A DNA stretch of 64,000 nucleotides from Sedimentisphaeraceae bacterium JB056 (GTDB taxonomy: Bacteria; Planctomycetota; Phycisphaerae; Sedimentisphaerales; Sedimentisphaeraceae). Below are positions 28,381-38,469 of the stretch, one piece after another. Position numbers and translations under genes: made by a program. The notes under the pieces were generated by a model. It was not told where the DNA came from and did no database searches. It saw nothing but the letters and a program-made list of their open reading frames with translations. Every line of letters begins with the position of its first letter. Positions within the stretch are counted from its first letter, which is position 1. The stretch spans positions 1 to 64,000 of the forward strand of contig JBITAJ010000009.1 in assembly GCA_044440125.1 (NCBI GenBank), written 5' to 3'.

Positions 28381-29622
28381 TTATTCGCTTTCTTTTGCGG
28401 CGGTTGCGGCTGGGGTTGGGGTTATTGATTGCTCTAAGAGGTTTTTGCCTGCCCAGCTTATCGCGAATGCTCCGGTTGGGGCTGTGAGTATTATGCTCAA
28501 TACAGCTATTGCTAATATCAATTCGCCGGGTGCCGGGTTCATGCCGTTAGCTAACATTGCCGTAAGCGGAGCGGCTCCTATCGCCGCCTGAACGGTTGCC
28601 TTCGGCAGATACGAGAGAGCCACGAACAATCTTTCTTTAGGCACAAGCGGGCTTCTGAAAAGACAAATCTGCACGCCAATACTCCTGCCAAGCAGGCCGC
28701 AAACAATAACGACCGCTCCGGCAAGACCGGCTTTGGCCGCTACCGGCACGTTCACCTGTGAACCGACAATCGTAAACAGCAATAACTGTGCGAAAACCCA
28801 CACTTTTCCAAGCTTTGATGAAATCTCGTGGGCGGCGTGCTCCCGCTTTTCGAGAATAATAAACCCTATCGACATCACCGCCAGAAGCGCAGCAAACGGT
28901 ACATATTTCGAAAGATAATGCTCGAAATGAAGCATCACAACCGACAAACCAAGCAAAATAAGCACGCGTTTTGTTGCTCTGGGGTTGAACTTATCGAAAA
29001 GCTTATACACAACCACGCCTATCATCAAGCCTACCACAATACCCGTAATCACGGAAATCGGAACCGAAACGATATTAGCCGCCACATTAACCGAGCCGCC
29101 AACATACATCCCGATAAAAGAGCTGCACAAAACGATTGCCACAGCATCATCACACGAAGCACCGGCAAGAACAAGCGTAGGCACAGCGCGTTTGGCACCC
29201 CTTCCCTGCTCGATAAATTTTATCATGAGCGGCACGACTACCGCCGGCGACACCGCACCAAGAACCGAGCCGAGCATTGCCGCCTGAAGGGTAGTAAGCC
29301 CCAGAAGACGGGGAGCAACGAGGGTAACAACGCCAACCTCGCATATGCAAGGTATAAACGACATCAAAAGAGCACGAAAGCCAACCTTAGCCAAAGCCTC
29401 ACGGCTAATTTCAAAACCGGCGCGCAGCAGTATCACGATAAGGGCTATTAGCCGCAAATCACCGCCGACCGACTCCATCTTCGGACTGAACGCATCCAGA
29501 CAGTACGGCCCGGCAATCACACCGAGAGCCAGAAGTCCGATAAGCCCGGGTATCTTTATCTGACGCATCAGCCAGTCGAGCAAGAGGCCGATGAGTATTA
29601 TTTCCGCAATTCCTATTGCCAT
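28381..29622 (-). CDS. Cation:proton antiporter (NHA/SLC9B-like)
   Basis: ALIVILLRAG, AVSPAVVVP, ASCDD, PKATVQAAIG. ATG 29622 preferred over GTG 29676 because the extension is repeat DNA. Confidence 0.9.
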   Translation of the reverse strand: MAIGIAEIILIGLLLDWLMRQIKIPGLIGLLALGVIAGPYCLDAFSPKMESVGGDLRLIALIVILLRAGFEISREALAKVGFRALLMSFIPCICEVGVVTLVAPRLLGLTTLQAAMLGSVLGAVSPAVVVPLMIKFIEQGRGAKRAVPTLVLAGASCDDAVAIVLCSSFIGMYVGGSVNVAANIVSVPISVITGIVVGLMIGVVVYKLFDKFNPRATKRVLILLGLSVVMLHFEHYLSKYVPFAALLAVMSIGFIILEKREHAAHEISSKLGKVWVFAQLLLFTIVGSQVNVPVAAKAGLAGAVVIVCGLLGRSIGVQICLFRSPLVPKERLFVALSYLPKATVQAAIGAAPLTAMLANGMNPAPGELILAIAVLSIILTAPTGAFAISWAGKNLLEQSITPTPAATAAKESE

Positions 29623-29636
29623 GTCAAATCCAAAAG

Positions 29637-29734
29637 GAGTTAGAAGATAGAAGTCAGGAGATAGAATGTGGCTCACGCCGAAAGCAACATAATTTATTCA
29701 ATCTTCTAACTCCTCAATTCTATCTTCTATATTC
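29637..29734. repeat. Inverted pair of 7-bp repeat arrays
   Basis: gagttag-aagatag-aagtcag-gagatag ... ttcaatc-ttctaac-tcctcaa-ttctatc-ttctata. Confidence 0.8.
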
Positions 29735-29961
29735 TTAATTAATATCGCAAGTATATATCGGTACAAAGAGAAAGTCAACAAAGGGTGAGAAAGAGCAGGA
29801 AATAAAATATTCAAATATCGCGGTAAAGAAGTATTGAAATCTGTATGCTTGTAATTATAATGGGTGAGCGTGTGATGTTTTTGAGAGGACATGTGCTTGG
29901 TCACAACACTTTATGAAACGCCGCTTTTGTTTACTAACCGTTTGTAATAACAGGACTTGAA

Positions 29962-31299
29962 TTGAGCTTCCCCGGCAATATCAACAGTATAATCGAGAGA
30001 GTTAAGTCTTCAGATCCTCAGAACAGCCGTGCCTGGTTCAACCAGCTTAAACTGGCTGATTTCGAGGGCGGACTTCTGCGCATAGACTGTCCTGACAAAT
30101 CCACTGCAGAATTTCTCGAAGAAAACTGCAAGGGTTCATTCATTCGTGCGGCCCAGACGGTTACCGGACGTCTTGTCAGCGTGGAGTTCATCATCAACGG
30201 TGTAAAAGAACCCGCTTATACAGTTGCAAGCAGCACAGGCACACGCGGAGCCGCGAATAACAGAAACGATGACATCCCTTACCGGTTGCATCCTGATCTT
30301 GTGTTCGACAACTTCGTGATTGGCCCATGCAACAGGCTCGCTCACGCAAGCTGCGTAGCTGTAAGCGCCTCACCAGGAAACACTTACAACCCGCTATTTC
30401 TGCACGGCAGCGTTGGCCTGGGCAAGACCCACCTTCTCCATGCCGTATGCTACGACATACTTAAGAAAAATCCAGACGCGGTAGTAAGATTCCTTACATG
30501 CGAAGAATTCGTAAACCGATTCATCAAGGCGATAAGTGAAAACAGCCTGCCGGAATTTCAGGAGAAATTCAGAAACGTCGATGTGCTTATCATTGACGAT
30601 GTGCAATTCCTGCGCAACAGGGAAGGAAGTCAGGAAGAATTCTTCCACACTTTCAACGCCCTATATGACGGCAGAAAACAAATCATCCTCAGCGCCGATT
30701 GCTCCCCTGAAGAGATCGAAGCTCTTGAAGAGCGGCTTGTGAGCCGTTTCAAATGGGGACTGGTCGCAAGAATAGATTCTCCCGCACATGAAACCCGCGT
30801 TGCCATCGTCAGAAAGAAGGCGGCACTCCGCGGCTTTGACATGGCCGATGATATAGCCGAATTCATCGCCACCAAAATAACCACTAATATCCGTGAGCTT
30901 GAGGGCGCCATCACGAGCGTTTACGCAATGGCACAGGCTACCGGAGAGGCCCCTACTCTTGAACTGGCACAAAACATACTTGGTTATGTGCCGCAAATCA
31001 AGCAGGACAATATCGACATAAGCAGCGTGCTTGACGTAATCGCAAAATATTACAAAGTACGAATAGTTGATATCAAGGGCAAAGCCAGACATAAATCAAT
31101 TACCCTTCCAAGACAGATGTGCATGTATCTGGCACGAAAACTGACGAGTCTGAGCCTTGAAGAAATCGGGGCAAGCATCGGCAGACGCGACCATACAACC
31201 GTAATGCACTCTATCGAAAAAATCGAGAAGCTATCGGCCAAAGATGAGTCTATCAACAGGCAGATGGAGGAGCTCGAACAACTGTTAGGCAGGCCGTAG
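29962..31299 (+). CDS. dnaA: Chromosomal replication initiator DnaA
   Basis: YNPLFLHGSVGLGKTHL, LIIDDVQF, QEEFFHTFN, NIRELEGA, RDHTTV; TTG start after AGGA. Confidence 0.97.
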   Translation: MSFPGNINSIIERVKSSDPQNSRAWFNQLKLADFEGGLLRIDCPDKSTAEFLEENCKGSFIRAAQTVTGRLVSVEFIINGVKEPAYTVASSTGTRGAANNRNDDIPYRLHPDLVFDNFVIGPCNRLAHASCVAVSASPGNTYNPLFLHGSVGLGKTHLLHAVCYDILKKNPDAVVRFLTCEEFVNRFIKAISENSLPEFQEKFRNVDVLIIDDVQFLRNREGSQEEFFHTFNALYDGRKQIILSADCSPEEIEALEERLVSRFKWGLVARIDSPAHETRVAIVRKKAALRGFDMADDIAEFIATKITTNIRELEGAITSVYAMAQATGEAPTLELAQNILGYVPQIKQDNIDISSVLDVIAKYYKVRIVDIKGKARHKSITLPRQMCMYLARKLTSLSLEEIGASIGRRDHTTVMHSIEKIEKLSAKDESINRQMEELEQLLGRP

Positions 31300-31327
31300 T
31301 GACCAGTCCAAATACGAAAGGACCGGC

Positions 31328-32296
31328 ATGTTTCTCGAAAAGATAATGATCGAATACAAGGTTCAATATATCCTGAACACTATCGGCCCGGTATTTGTGA
31401 TGATCGGACTTGGCGCGGCACTTCGTCTCGGCAAATTCATTAAAGACGATATAGCAGCGGCCTTGATACGAATCACATACTGGGTAGCACTGCCGGCACT
31501 GCTTTTCTACAACATATCGACCTCCCAACACGGCTACAAACAGGCAATGGGAATAGCTTATGTTATTCTCGGCACAATGGCGGCGGCAATAATGCTCGCT
31601 TGGCTGTTCTGCCTGGTGTTCCGAGTAGACCGCAAGAATACGGGAGCATTCGTACAAGGTGCTTACAGGGGCAACCTGATGTTTATCGGGCTGCCAATGA
31701 TAATCTACAGCATAGCTTCAGGAACAAGCAGCGGAAAAACCATCGAGCAAACCGCAGTGTTGGCACTGTCTGTCGTAATCCCCGCATACAATGCGGCAGG
31801 AATCATGATATTACTGACAAGCCGCCATAACATTGACATAAATATGCCTGTAAAGATCGTCAAAGGACTTTTAACGAATCCACTGGTAATCTCAAGCATC
31901 TGCGGGATGATATATGCCCAGTTCTTCCCTTCTCTGCCTCTTTTGATGGAAAGAAGCCTACAGATAACAAGCCGTATGGCACTGCCGCTGTCGCTGCTGG
32001 GTATAGGCGCAACGCTGGTAGGCACGAGAAACGCCGCAGATTATTCGCTCTCAATAGCGGCATCGCTGATCAAGGTATTATTCTGCCCCGTCTTCGCATT
32101 CTTTATGGCTCGCTGGCTCGGGCTTAATTCTCAACAAACAGCAACCGCCCTGCTTTTCGCGGCATGCCCAACGGCTATCAGCTCATATGTAATGGCATCA
32201 CAAATGGGCTCCAACGGCAGGCTCGCGGCAGCTATAGTAATCGTATCAAGCCTATTATCAATAGCAGGCTTCATAGCTATACTGCTGTTGATATAG
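31328..32296 (+). CDS. AEC (auxin efflux carrier) family transporter
   Basis: ALPALLF, RGNLMFIGLP, NPLVIS, CPTAISSYVMA. Confidence 0.9.
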   Translation: MFLEKIMIEYKVQYILNTIGPVFVMIGLGAALRLGKFIKDDIAAALIRITYWVALPALLFYNISTSQHGYKQAMGIAYVILGTMAAAIMLAWLFCLVFRVDRKNTGAFVQGAYRGNLMFIGLPMIIYSIASGTSSGKTIEQTAVLALSVVIPAYNAAGIMILLTSRHNIDINMPVKIVKGLLTNPLVISSICGMIYAQFFPSLPLLMERSLQITSRMALPLSLLGIGATLVGTRNAADYSLSIAASLIKVLFCPVFAFFMARWLGLNSQQTATALLFAACPTAISSYVMASQMGSNGRLAAAIVIVSSLLSIAGFIAILLLI

Positions 32297-32305
32297 TTTT
32301 GAGAA

Positions 32306-34117
32306 TCAGCAGCCACTCTGCATCCATTGAGCAGCAAGAATTCTGAAATCATTAAGATTTACCTGTCCATCCTCATCCAAATCGCCGCTAAGCTCTACGC
32401 ATTGAGGCGGGAGCACCTTTATATCATCAATAAGTATACTTCCCTCGCAATCGCCAGGCATACAAGGTTCAAATGAACTATCGACTATTATCGACATCTG
32501 TATAACACCTGAAAGATCGGCAGTTGCAAGCTGATCAAATGGTATACTCCATGTATAGCCGTCATCGCCGGCAGTGACAAGCTCCAATGCCGGCAAGACC
32601 GCTTGCGCAACACCATCCATTTCGTCGGTAACCGACAGGATTATCATGTCTGTCTCACGAATCAGCGAAGACTGGAGCCACAAACTAAGCTCACTGCCGC
32701 CGCCCTGAAGCCAGTTTTGGGGTATATCAAAGAAATGATTCGCAACTGACAAAGGAGCTGTAGAGTTGTCGTAGTTAAAGCTAAGACTGTTTTCGTCAAC
32801 CGTTCTGTAATCGGTTTTCAAGCTGCCGTGAGCACCCTCGAGAAACTCCCAACCGGAATACAATTCAGAGCTGGTCGCATAATCGAAATCCTCAACAGGC
32901 AGATACGATTGAACGGTAAAATCCCATACATCGCTGAAGTACGGCTCAACTCCTCCGTATGAATCTACGGCATAGTAGTATGTCTGACCAAGTTCAAGCC
33001 CAAGCGGTTCATAAGCATTGTCATTGGTCGAAGTAACCAGAACAGAAGTATCTCTGCTTTCCACCAAATCCTGCTGCTGAGACATATAAACAACATAATT
33101 ATTCGCCTCAGAGCCATGGTCCCACGCAATAAACGTGCTAACTGGGCTTGCATCAGTTGTCGGGTCGAAATTATGCGCCGCCTTTTCAAGGGTATTCTCC
33201 TCAACCCATGCACCACCTGTCGGCAAGGCAAAGTGACTCTTGTTAACCACTATGAGACTGCTGTCGTAAGCACCGGCTTTGCCAATCGAATCTGCCAATA
33301 CTTTCAAAAAACGCTTACCCGTATCACCGGCTCCGACTTTGCACGCCTGAATAGTTATGTGGTCTACATAATCATCAATTTCCTTCTGGAATGCTTCCAC
33401 AGAACTCATATCAATCTGCTTATCAGGAATATTCTTCTTCCCGGCACCAGTACTGACATTGCCATTTGTGCCGTGACCGACCAATTCAGCATGTATCTTG
33501 CGCCCAAGAGCCTGAGATTTTGCCTTTATCTTGTCAATAACCTCTTGCCTGCTGTCAACTCTTTCAACATCTCTGCCGCCGTTCTCAAGTATGTCAGCGG
33601 CATTATCGACCGTTGAATCAGAATTTTCAGCAAGGAATAGATCACCTTCAGGCAGTGCAATTTTCTTTGATTTCGACGTCTTCTCAGCCTTATCTTTCTC
33701 CATCAAGGCAGTTTCGGCAAACACTGCGTATATAACAGCCTGCCCATCTGCCCTTGTTACACGCACATGATACAGACCTGGAACCCCAAAAGTGCAAGTC
33801 AAATCGCCGGAAGTGATATCGGCAAAATAATCAACATTGGGAACCTGAAAATAATCAGCCTGCGTATAGGAATAGCCATCGGGATACATACCCTCGTTTA
33901 GAAGCGGCAGCACATCGGCATCAACAATAGGATTGAAACCCCCAAACCACAAATAATCATTATCTGCGACAAGGTCGTCAAGGTATATGCGAGGATAATA
34001 ATCAGGCGTTATCGTGGCAGGATCAAAATACATGTCAGAATCACTGAGCAGAACCGCCGAAACATTACATACAATACCCACCAGCAAGACACTGAAAATA
34101 AAAGTTCTTGTACACAT
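32306..34117 (-). CDS. Secreted multidomain protein: DUF4347-like domain, FN3-like segment, CBM-like domain, dockerin-like C-terminus
   Basis: Signal peptide; ELVGHG...IQACKVGAG...FLKVLAD; LELGQTYYYAVD...VWDFT; GDLDEDGQVNLNDFRILAAQW. Confidence 0.75.
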   Translation of the reverse strand: MCTRTFIFSVLLVGIVCNVSAVLLSDSDMYFDPATITPDYYPRIYLDDLVADNDYLWFGGFNPIVDADVLPLLNEGMYPDGYSYTQADYFQVPNVDYFADITSGDLTCTFGVPGLYHVRVTRADGQAVIYAVFAETALMEKDKAEKTSKSKKIALPEGDLFLAENSDSTVDNAADILENGGRDVERVDSRQEVIDKIKAKSQALGRKIHAELVGHGTNGNVSTGAGKKNIPDKQIDMSSVEAFQKEIDDYVDHITIQACKVGAGDTGKRFLKVLADSIGKAGAYDSSLIVVNKSHFALPTGGAWVEENTLEKAAHNFDPTTDASPVSTFIAWDHGSEANNYVVYMSQQQDLVESRDTSVLVTSTNDNAYEPLGLELGQTYYYAVDSYGGVEPYFSDVWDFTVQSYLPVEDFDYATSSELYSGWEFLEGAHGSLKTDYRTVDENSLSFNYDNSTAPLSVANHFFDIPQNWLQGGGSELSLWLQSSLIRETDMIILSVTDEMDGVAQAVLPALELVTAGDDGYTWSIPFDQLATADLSGVIQMSIIVDSSFEPCMPGDCEGSILIDDIKVLPPQCVELSGDLDEDGQVNLNDFRILAAQWMQSGC

Positions 34118-34340
34118 ATTACATCTCCTTCTCTAAACACTATTATATACGAAAGTGCTTCTGAAGAAAATCGAGGCGGTAAAACGCAGCACTAAACAAC
34201 TTGATTAATAGGCTACTTCTCCATATGCCATACTTTTCAGGATACAACTGAAATAGAATTTTGTCAACAAATAAGTTTTCAGCATAATATTTGTTTATTA
34301 ATCCATTTCAACCCAACCCGTTATATATGTAAGATTTTTA

Positions 34341-35375
34341 CTATAAAGAATTTAAAGTCGTATAAATAGCTTCGATGTTTGCAGGAGAGATATCAGGCAA
34401 GATAGCCTCATGGCTGGGAGATATCACCAAGCCGGTGGGGAATATATCGGCAAGCTCTCTGACCTTTTGAGAAACTTCTTCAGGTGAGCCGTTTACAAGA
34501 AGCTGCTGCGCATCAACTCCGCCGCAAAATGACACCTTATCACCAAAATCATTCTTCAATCCGGCAGGCTCCATACCTGCAGCAAGAGCCTGTATAGGAT
34601 GTATGACATCAACACCGATATTGATAAGATCAGGGATAATATCACGAATAGAACCGCATGAGTGATGGACGACTTTAAGCCCGTATGAATGTGCCTGATC
34701 AACAAGCTTTTTTGTGCCGTCAAATACAAATTTCCTGAGCATATCCGGCGAAACCATCAACGACAGCTGAGAGCCAAAATCATTCCCGATCAGTACCGCA
34801 TCAAGCTTGCCCTTTGTCGATTCATAATATATCTCGTTGGCTTTGAGATAGAAATCCACAATTCGCCCGATGACTTCCTTGTACAGTTCTGGGTAATTAT
34901 ACATCGCCATCAGGGCCTTCTCCATGCCAAATGCGGAACAGCTGTCCTGAAAATGAGCCGACCAGATAACTCCCATCACGGCACGACCCTGCGGTACATT
35001 ACTCACTGCTCTCCTGCATAAATCAGTATCGATGTATAGCTCAGGATCAGGCCAATCGAAATCGGCGGCCTTATCAGCATCCGTAATATCGGCAAAATAA
35101 CCTTCTGTGGTCAGGGTGCGATGTTCATTGTCAACATCGCCTGTTTTGGCAAAATCAAAAGCGGCATATATGGCGTCAGAAACAGGACTGTGATACGGAA
35201 GGCTCACCGGAACAACATCGTCATCAAGAGCAATTATAAGTTCATTAATGGTGTTTACTTTGAAGTGTTTCAGCAGCATACCCTCTGCCTCAGCATGTGG
35301 AACTCCAAGCCATGATGCGGGACGATCGATTTCTTTTCTTTCAACAGCGGCAATAAAACGTTCTTTGTTATTCAT
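34341..35375 (-). CDS. Uroporphyrinogen decarboxylase / MtaA-CmuA-like family protein
   Basis: NDFGSQ, HHSCG, HPIQ, FCGGVDAQ, SPSH. Confidence 0.88.
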   Translation of the reverse strand: MNNKERFIAAVERKEIDRPASWLGVPHAEAEGMLLKHFKVNTINELIIALDDDVVPVSLPYHSPVSDAIYAAFDFAKTGDVDNEHRTLTTEGYFADITDADKAADFDWPDPELYIDTDLCRRAVSNVPQGRAVMGVIWSAHFQDSCSAFGMEKALMAMYNYPELYKEVIGRIVDFYLKANEIYYESTKGKLDAVLIGNDFGSQLSLMVSPDMLRKFVFDGTKKLVDQAHSYGLKVVHHSCGSIRDIIPDLINIGVDVIHPIQALAAGMEPAGLKNDFGDKVSFCGGVDAQQLLVNGSPEEVSQKVRELADIFPTGLVISPSHEAILPDISPANIEAIYTTLNSL

Positions 35376-35585
35376 TACAAAACCTCATAAAAATTCTATA
35401 AATAAATTTACATAGTTAACACCAGCAAGAATCTGCCTAAGCGATCTAAGCTATAAAACATAATACATTCTACCCTTTCAAAACAAATTATTCAATACAG
35501 CTAAACGATAATTTATTGCATATATCAGTTAAAAAGATACAATAAGCTACTAAAAGATTGCATATTAAAGTTTACAGGCGCAAAA

Positions 35586-36458
35586 ATGAGCTCACAGCAA
35601 TTACAAGGCCTTAATATAACAGTAATCAATACGGAATTAGCAAAATGTGATTCGAGCTGGGATTACAGTAGCGTTAACAGTCCATTTTCAAGACTTTATC
35701 TGATCCTTGAAGGCGAGGGGGAAGTCGTTCACAGCGGCAGAAGGTTCAAGTTGAGCAGCAACAAGATGTTTCTTGTGCCGGCTTTTACCGAAAGCAGTTA
35801 CAAGTGCCCTGAGCATATGCTTCACTATTATATACATTTTACGCATAGCAGCCAGGATGAGCTAAGCTTATTCGAGAGATTCAATGTCGATTACCTGATT
35901 GATGCACAAAGAACAGATTACTATCTCTTCAAAAGATTGCTCGACCTTAACCCCGGGAAGGCGTTGATTGAACGGGATCCGGCAAAATACCACAAACGGT
36001 TTCAAATGAAGCGATCATTTCAGATGGCTGACAGAATGGGGGCTTCTGAGTACCTCGAGAGTACCGGAATAATAATCCAATTGATCTCGAGGTTCGTAAA
36101 AGACAATGCTACCAAACCGCAAGAGAAGATGCATATCCCCAAACAGAGTCTGCACAAGATAATAGGTTATATAAACCGAAATCTTGACAAACAGATAAGC
36201 ATCTCAGACTTGGCAAAATTCATGTTTGTAAGCAAAGACCACTTCTCCAAGGTATTTCTCAAGACAACAGGGGTGAGACCAACAGAATACATAACCATAA
36301 AGCGAATCGAAAGATCCCAGATGCTTTTACTCAGTACCGAACTGGGACTTGAGCAGATAGCAATCAGGTGCGGATTTTCCAGCAGCAGCCACCTAAGCCG
36401 GCAATTCAGGAAATACCTCAACACCTCTCCCGGAAACTATCGCAGGAAACACTCCTGA
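35586..36458 (+). CDS. AraC-family transcriptional regulator
   Basis: Cupin-like N-terminus; IAIRCGFSSSSHLSRQFRKYLNTSPGNYR. Confidence 0.93.
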   Translation: MSSQQLQGLNITVINTELAKCDSSWDYSSVNSPFSRLYLILEGEGEVVHSGRRFKLSSNKMFLVPAFTESSYKCPEHMLHYYIHFTHSSQDELSLFERFNVDYLIDAQRTDYYLFKRLLDLNPGKALIERDPAKYHKRFQMKRSFQMADRMGASEYLESTGIIIQLISRFVKDNATKPQEKMHIPKQSLHKIIGYINRNLDKQISISDLAKFMFVSKDHFSKVFLKTTGVRPTEYITIKRIERSQMLLLSTELGLEQIAIRCGFSSSSHLSRQFRKYLNTSPGNYRRKHS

Positions 36459-36604
36459 TATATTTGATCTGAAAACAGAAGTAAGGATAAACCTATGGCA
36501 AATTGAGTAAATGCCCTATTTACAATCTCAAGCATTTATTGACAATATTACCATAGCAGAGGACGGGATTAAAATACTTAACCAGTAGTGAAAAAGGTAG
36601 AAGT

Positions 36605-36745
36605 ATGAGGAAATTTAAAATGTTTATCTTGTGTTCGGTATTACTGGCCGCAATAGCGGTATTTGTTTCAGGATGCAACACAATTGAGGGCATGGGAGAA
36701 GATATTGAAAGCGGTGGAGAACGAATCCAGGAAGCCGCTGAATAA
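36605..36745 (+). CDS. Entericidin EcnA/B-family lipoprotein (46 aa, below ORF-track cutoff)
   Basis: MRKFKMFILCSVLLAAIAVFVSGCNTIEGMGEDIESGGERIQEAAE*: lipobox VSGC plus CNTxxGxGEDI signature. Confidence 0.88.
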   Translation: MRKFKMFILCSVLLAAIAVFVSGCNTIEGMGEDIESGGERIQEAAE

Positions 36746-36808
36746 GTGTTGATATTTGCACGGGTTCTCTGAGAAATAAATCAGAGCAGTGCAGAGCAGG
36801 GAGAAATA

Positions 36809-36979
36809 ATGAGTTTGTTAAAATGGGCATTAATATTTTTGGTAATAGCGGTTATTTCCGCGGTATTCGGTTTTGGCGGCATTGCTGCAACAGCAGCTGA
36901 AATAGCCAAAGTCTTGTTTTATATTTTCGCTATAATATTTATAGTATTGTTCTTAATGTCAATCTTTACGACCAAATAA
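36809..36979 (+). CDS. DUF1328 (UPF0391/YtjA-like) small membrane protein (56 aa, below cutoff)
   Basis: [40 protein letters not shown]...; RBS GGGAG. Confidence 0.92.
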   Translation: MSLLKWALIFLVIAVISAVFGFGGIAATAAEIAKVLFYIFAIIFIVLFLMSIFTTK

Positions 36980-37008
36980 AAACTCCAATCAAACACACAC
37001 ACTTAGAT

Positions 37009-37054
37009 AAGATCGGTAGTTTTGTATTCTTCGAATATGGAATTACCGATCTTT
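37009..37054 (+). terminator. Long hairpin, probable terminator
   Basis: AAGATCGGTAGTTTTGTATT / AATATGGAATTACCGATCTT with G-U pairs. Confidence 0.6.
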
Positions 37055-37088
37055 GATTAATGTTAAATTAAACGAAACAGGAGTTGAG

Positions 37089-38452
37089 ATGTTTTTAAAA
37101 AAAATCAAAACAGAGGGTATCGCACATCTTTCTTATATTATAGGCAGCCAAGACAGTGCTGCAGTTATCGACCCACGGAGAGATATATACATTTATCTCA
37201 GCATAGCGGCCAAATATTCGGTAAACATAACACATATCTTTGAAACACATAGAAACGAAGATTACGTGATAGGTTCGGTACCACTTTCACAGGCTACCGG
37301 GGCAGATATCTATCATGGCGGAAAGCTCGATTTCAAGTACGGCAACTCCGTCAAAGAGGGAGATTATTTCGAGATAGGCGAATTAAGCCTGAAAATCTTT
37401 GAGACACCGGGGCACACATTTGAAAGTATCTCAATAGCTCTCTACGACCCTAATTTCGGCAACAAAGCAGTCGGAGTGTTTACCGGCGATGCTCTTTTTA
37501 TTGGTGACGTTGGAAGAACCGATTTTTTCCCGACAGAGCCGAAGAGGTTGCAGGATTGCTTTACAACAGCATATTCAACAAGATATTACCGCTTGGTGAC
37601 CAGGCAATCATATACCCCGCACATGGGGCAGGCTCTGTATGCGGCTCAGGAATGGCCTCGCGTGAATTCTCAACGCTTGGGTATGAGAAAATGTTCAACC
37701 CTGTATTGCAGAAAACCTGTCTGGCAGAATTCGTAGATTATAAAGTAAATGAAAAACACAATAAGCCTCCATATTTCAAGATTATGGAGAGATACAATCT
37801 TGAAGGGCCTCCGTTAAAGCAATTGAGCATAAACACGAGAGTATTAACTGCAGATGAGTTTGACAAAAGACACAAAAGCGGAATGCAAATTCTTGATACA
37901 AGAAGTCCCGAAGCTATCTGCGGCACATACATTCCGAACAGCCTTGCAATTCCATTGAATATGATTCCTGCTTTTGCCGGCTGGTTTCTATCTTACAAAG
38001 AACCAATAGGAATAATAGCAAGTTCAGGAGAAGAAGTTGCAACCGCAATCAAGCATCTCTACAGACTTGGTTATGACGACATTGCAGGATACCTTGGCAG
38101 CGGTCTGCATCAATGGGAAGTTGAAGGCAAAGAATACTGTGATATACCGGCTATCTATATTTCAAATGTGGTATCAATGTTGGAAAGCAAAGACGATTTC
38201 ATACTGCTTGATGTCAGAAGCAAAGAAGAGTATGATGAGAAGCACCTTCCAAACTCTAAAAATATCTATATAGGCCATCTGCCTGAGCATATAAATGAAC
38301 TTGATAAAAACAAAAAGATAGTAACTTTCTGCGGCAGCGGCAGAAGGGCAATAATAGCGGCATCAATACTGAAAACCAATGGCTTTGAAGATGTCGAAAA
38401 CTGCCTTGGTTCAATGATGGCCTGTAAAAAGGTTGGATGCCCTACCGAATAA
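37089..38452 (+). pseudogene. MBL-fold hydrolase-rhodanese fusion (CstB/persulfide dioxygenase-like), split by a -1 frameshift at about 37523-37531
   Basis: ATG 37089 after AGGAG. THRNED, TPGHT, TGDALFIGDVGRTDF in one frame; DRAEEVAGLLYNS, YPAHGAGSVCG and rhodanese CGSGRR in the -1 frame. May be an assembly error. Confidence 0.85.
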
Positions 38453-38469
38453 AGCAGAGAATCTAAAAA

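Noticed and set aside
29623..29676. N-terminal extension of the antiporter from GTG 29676
   Set aside because: The extension (LSPDFYLLTP) is translated heptamer-repeat DNA.
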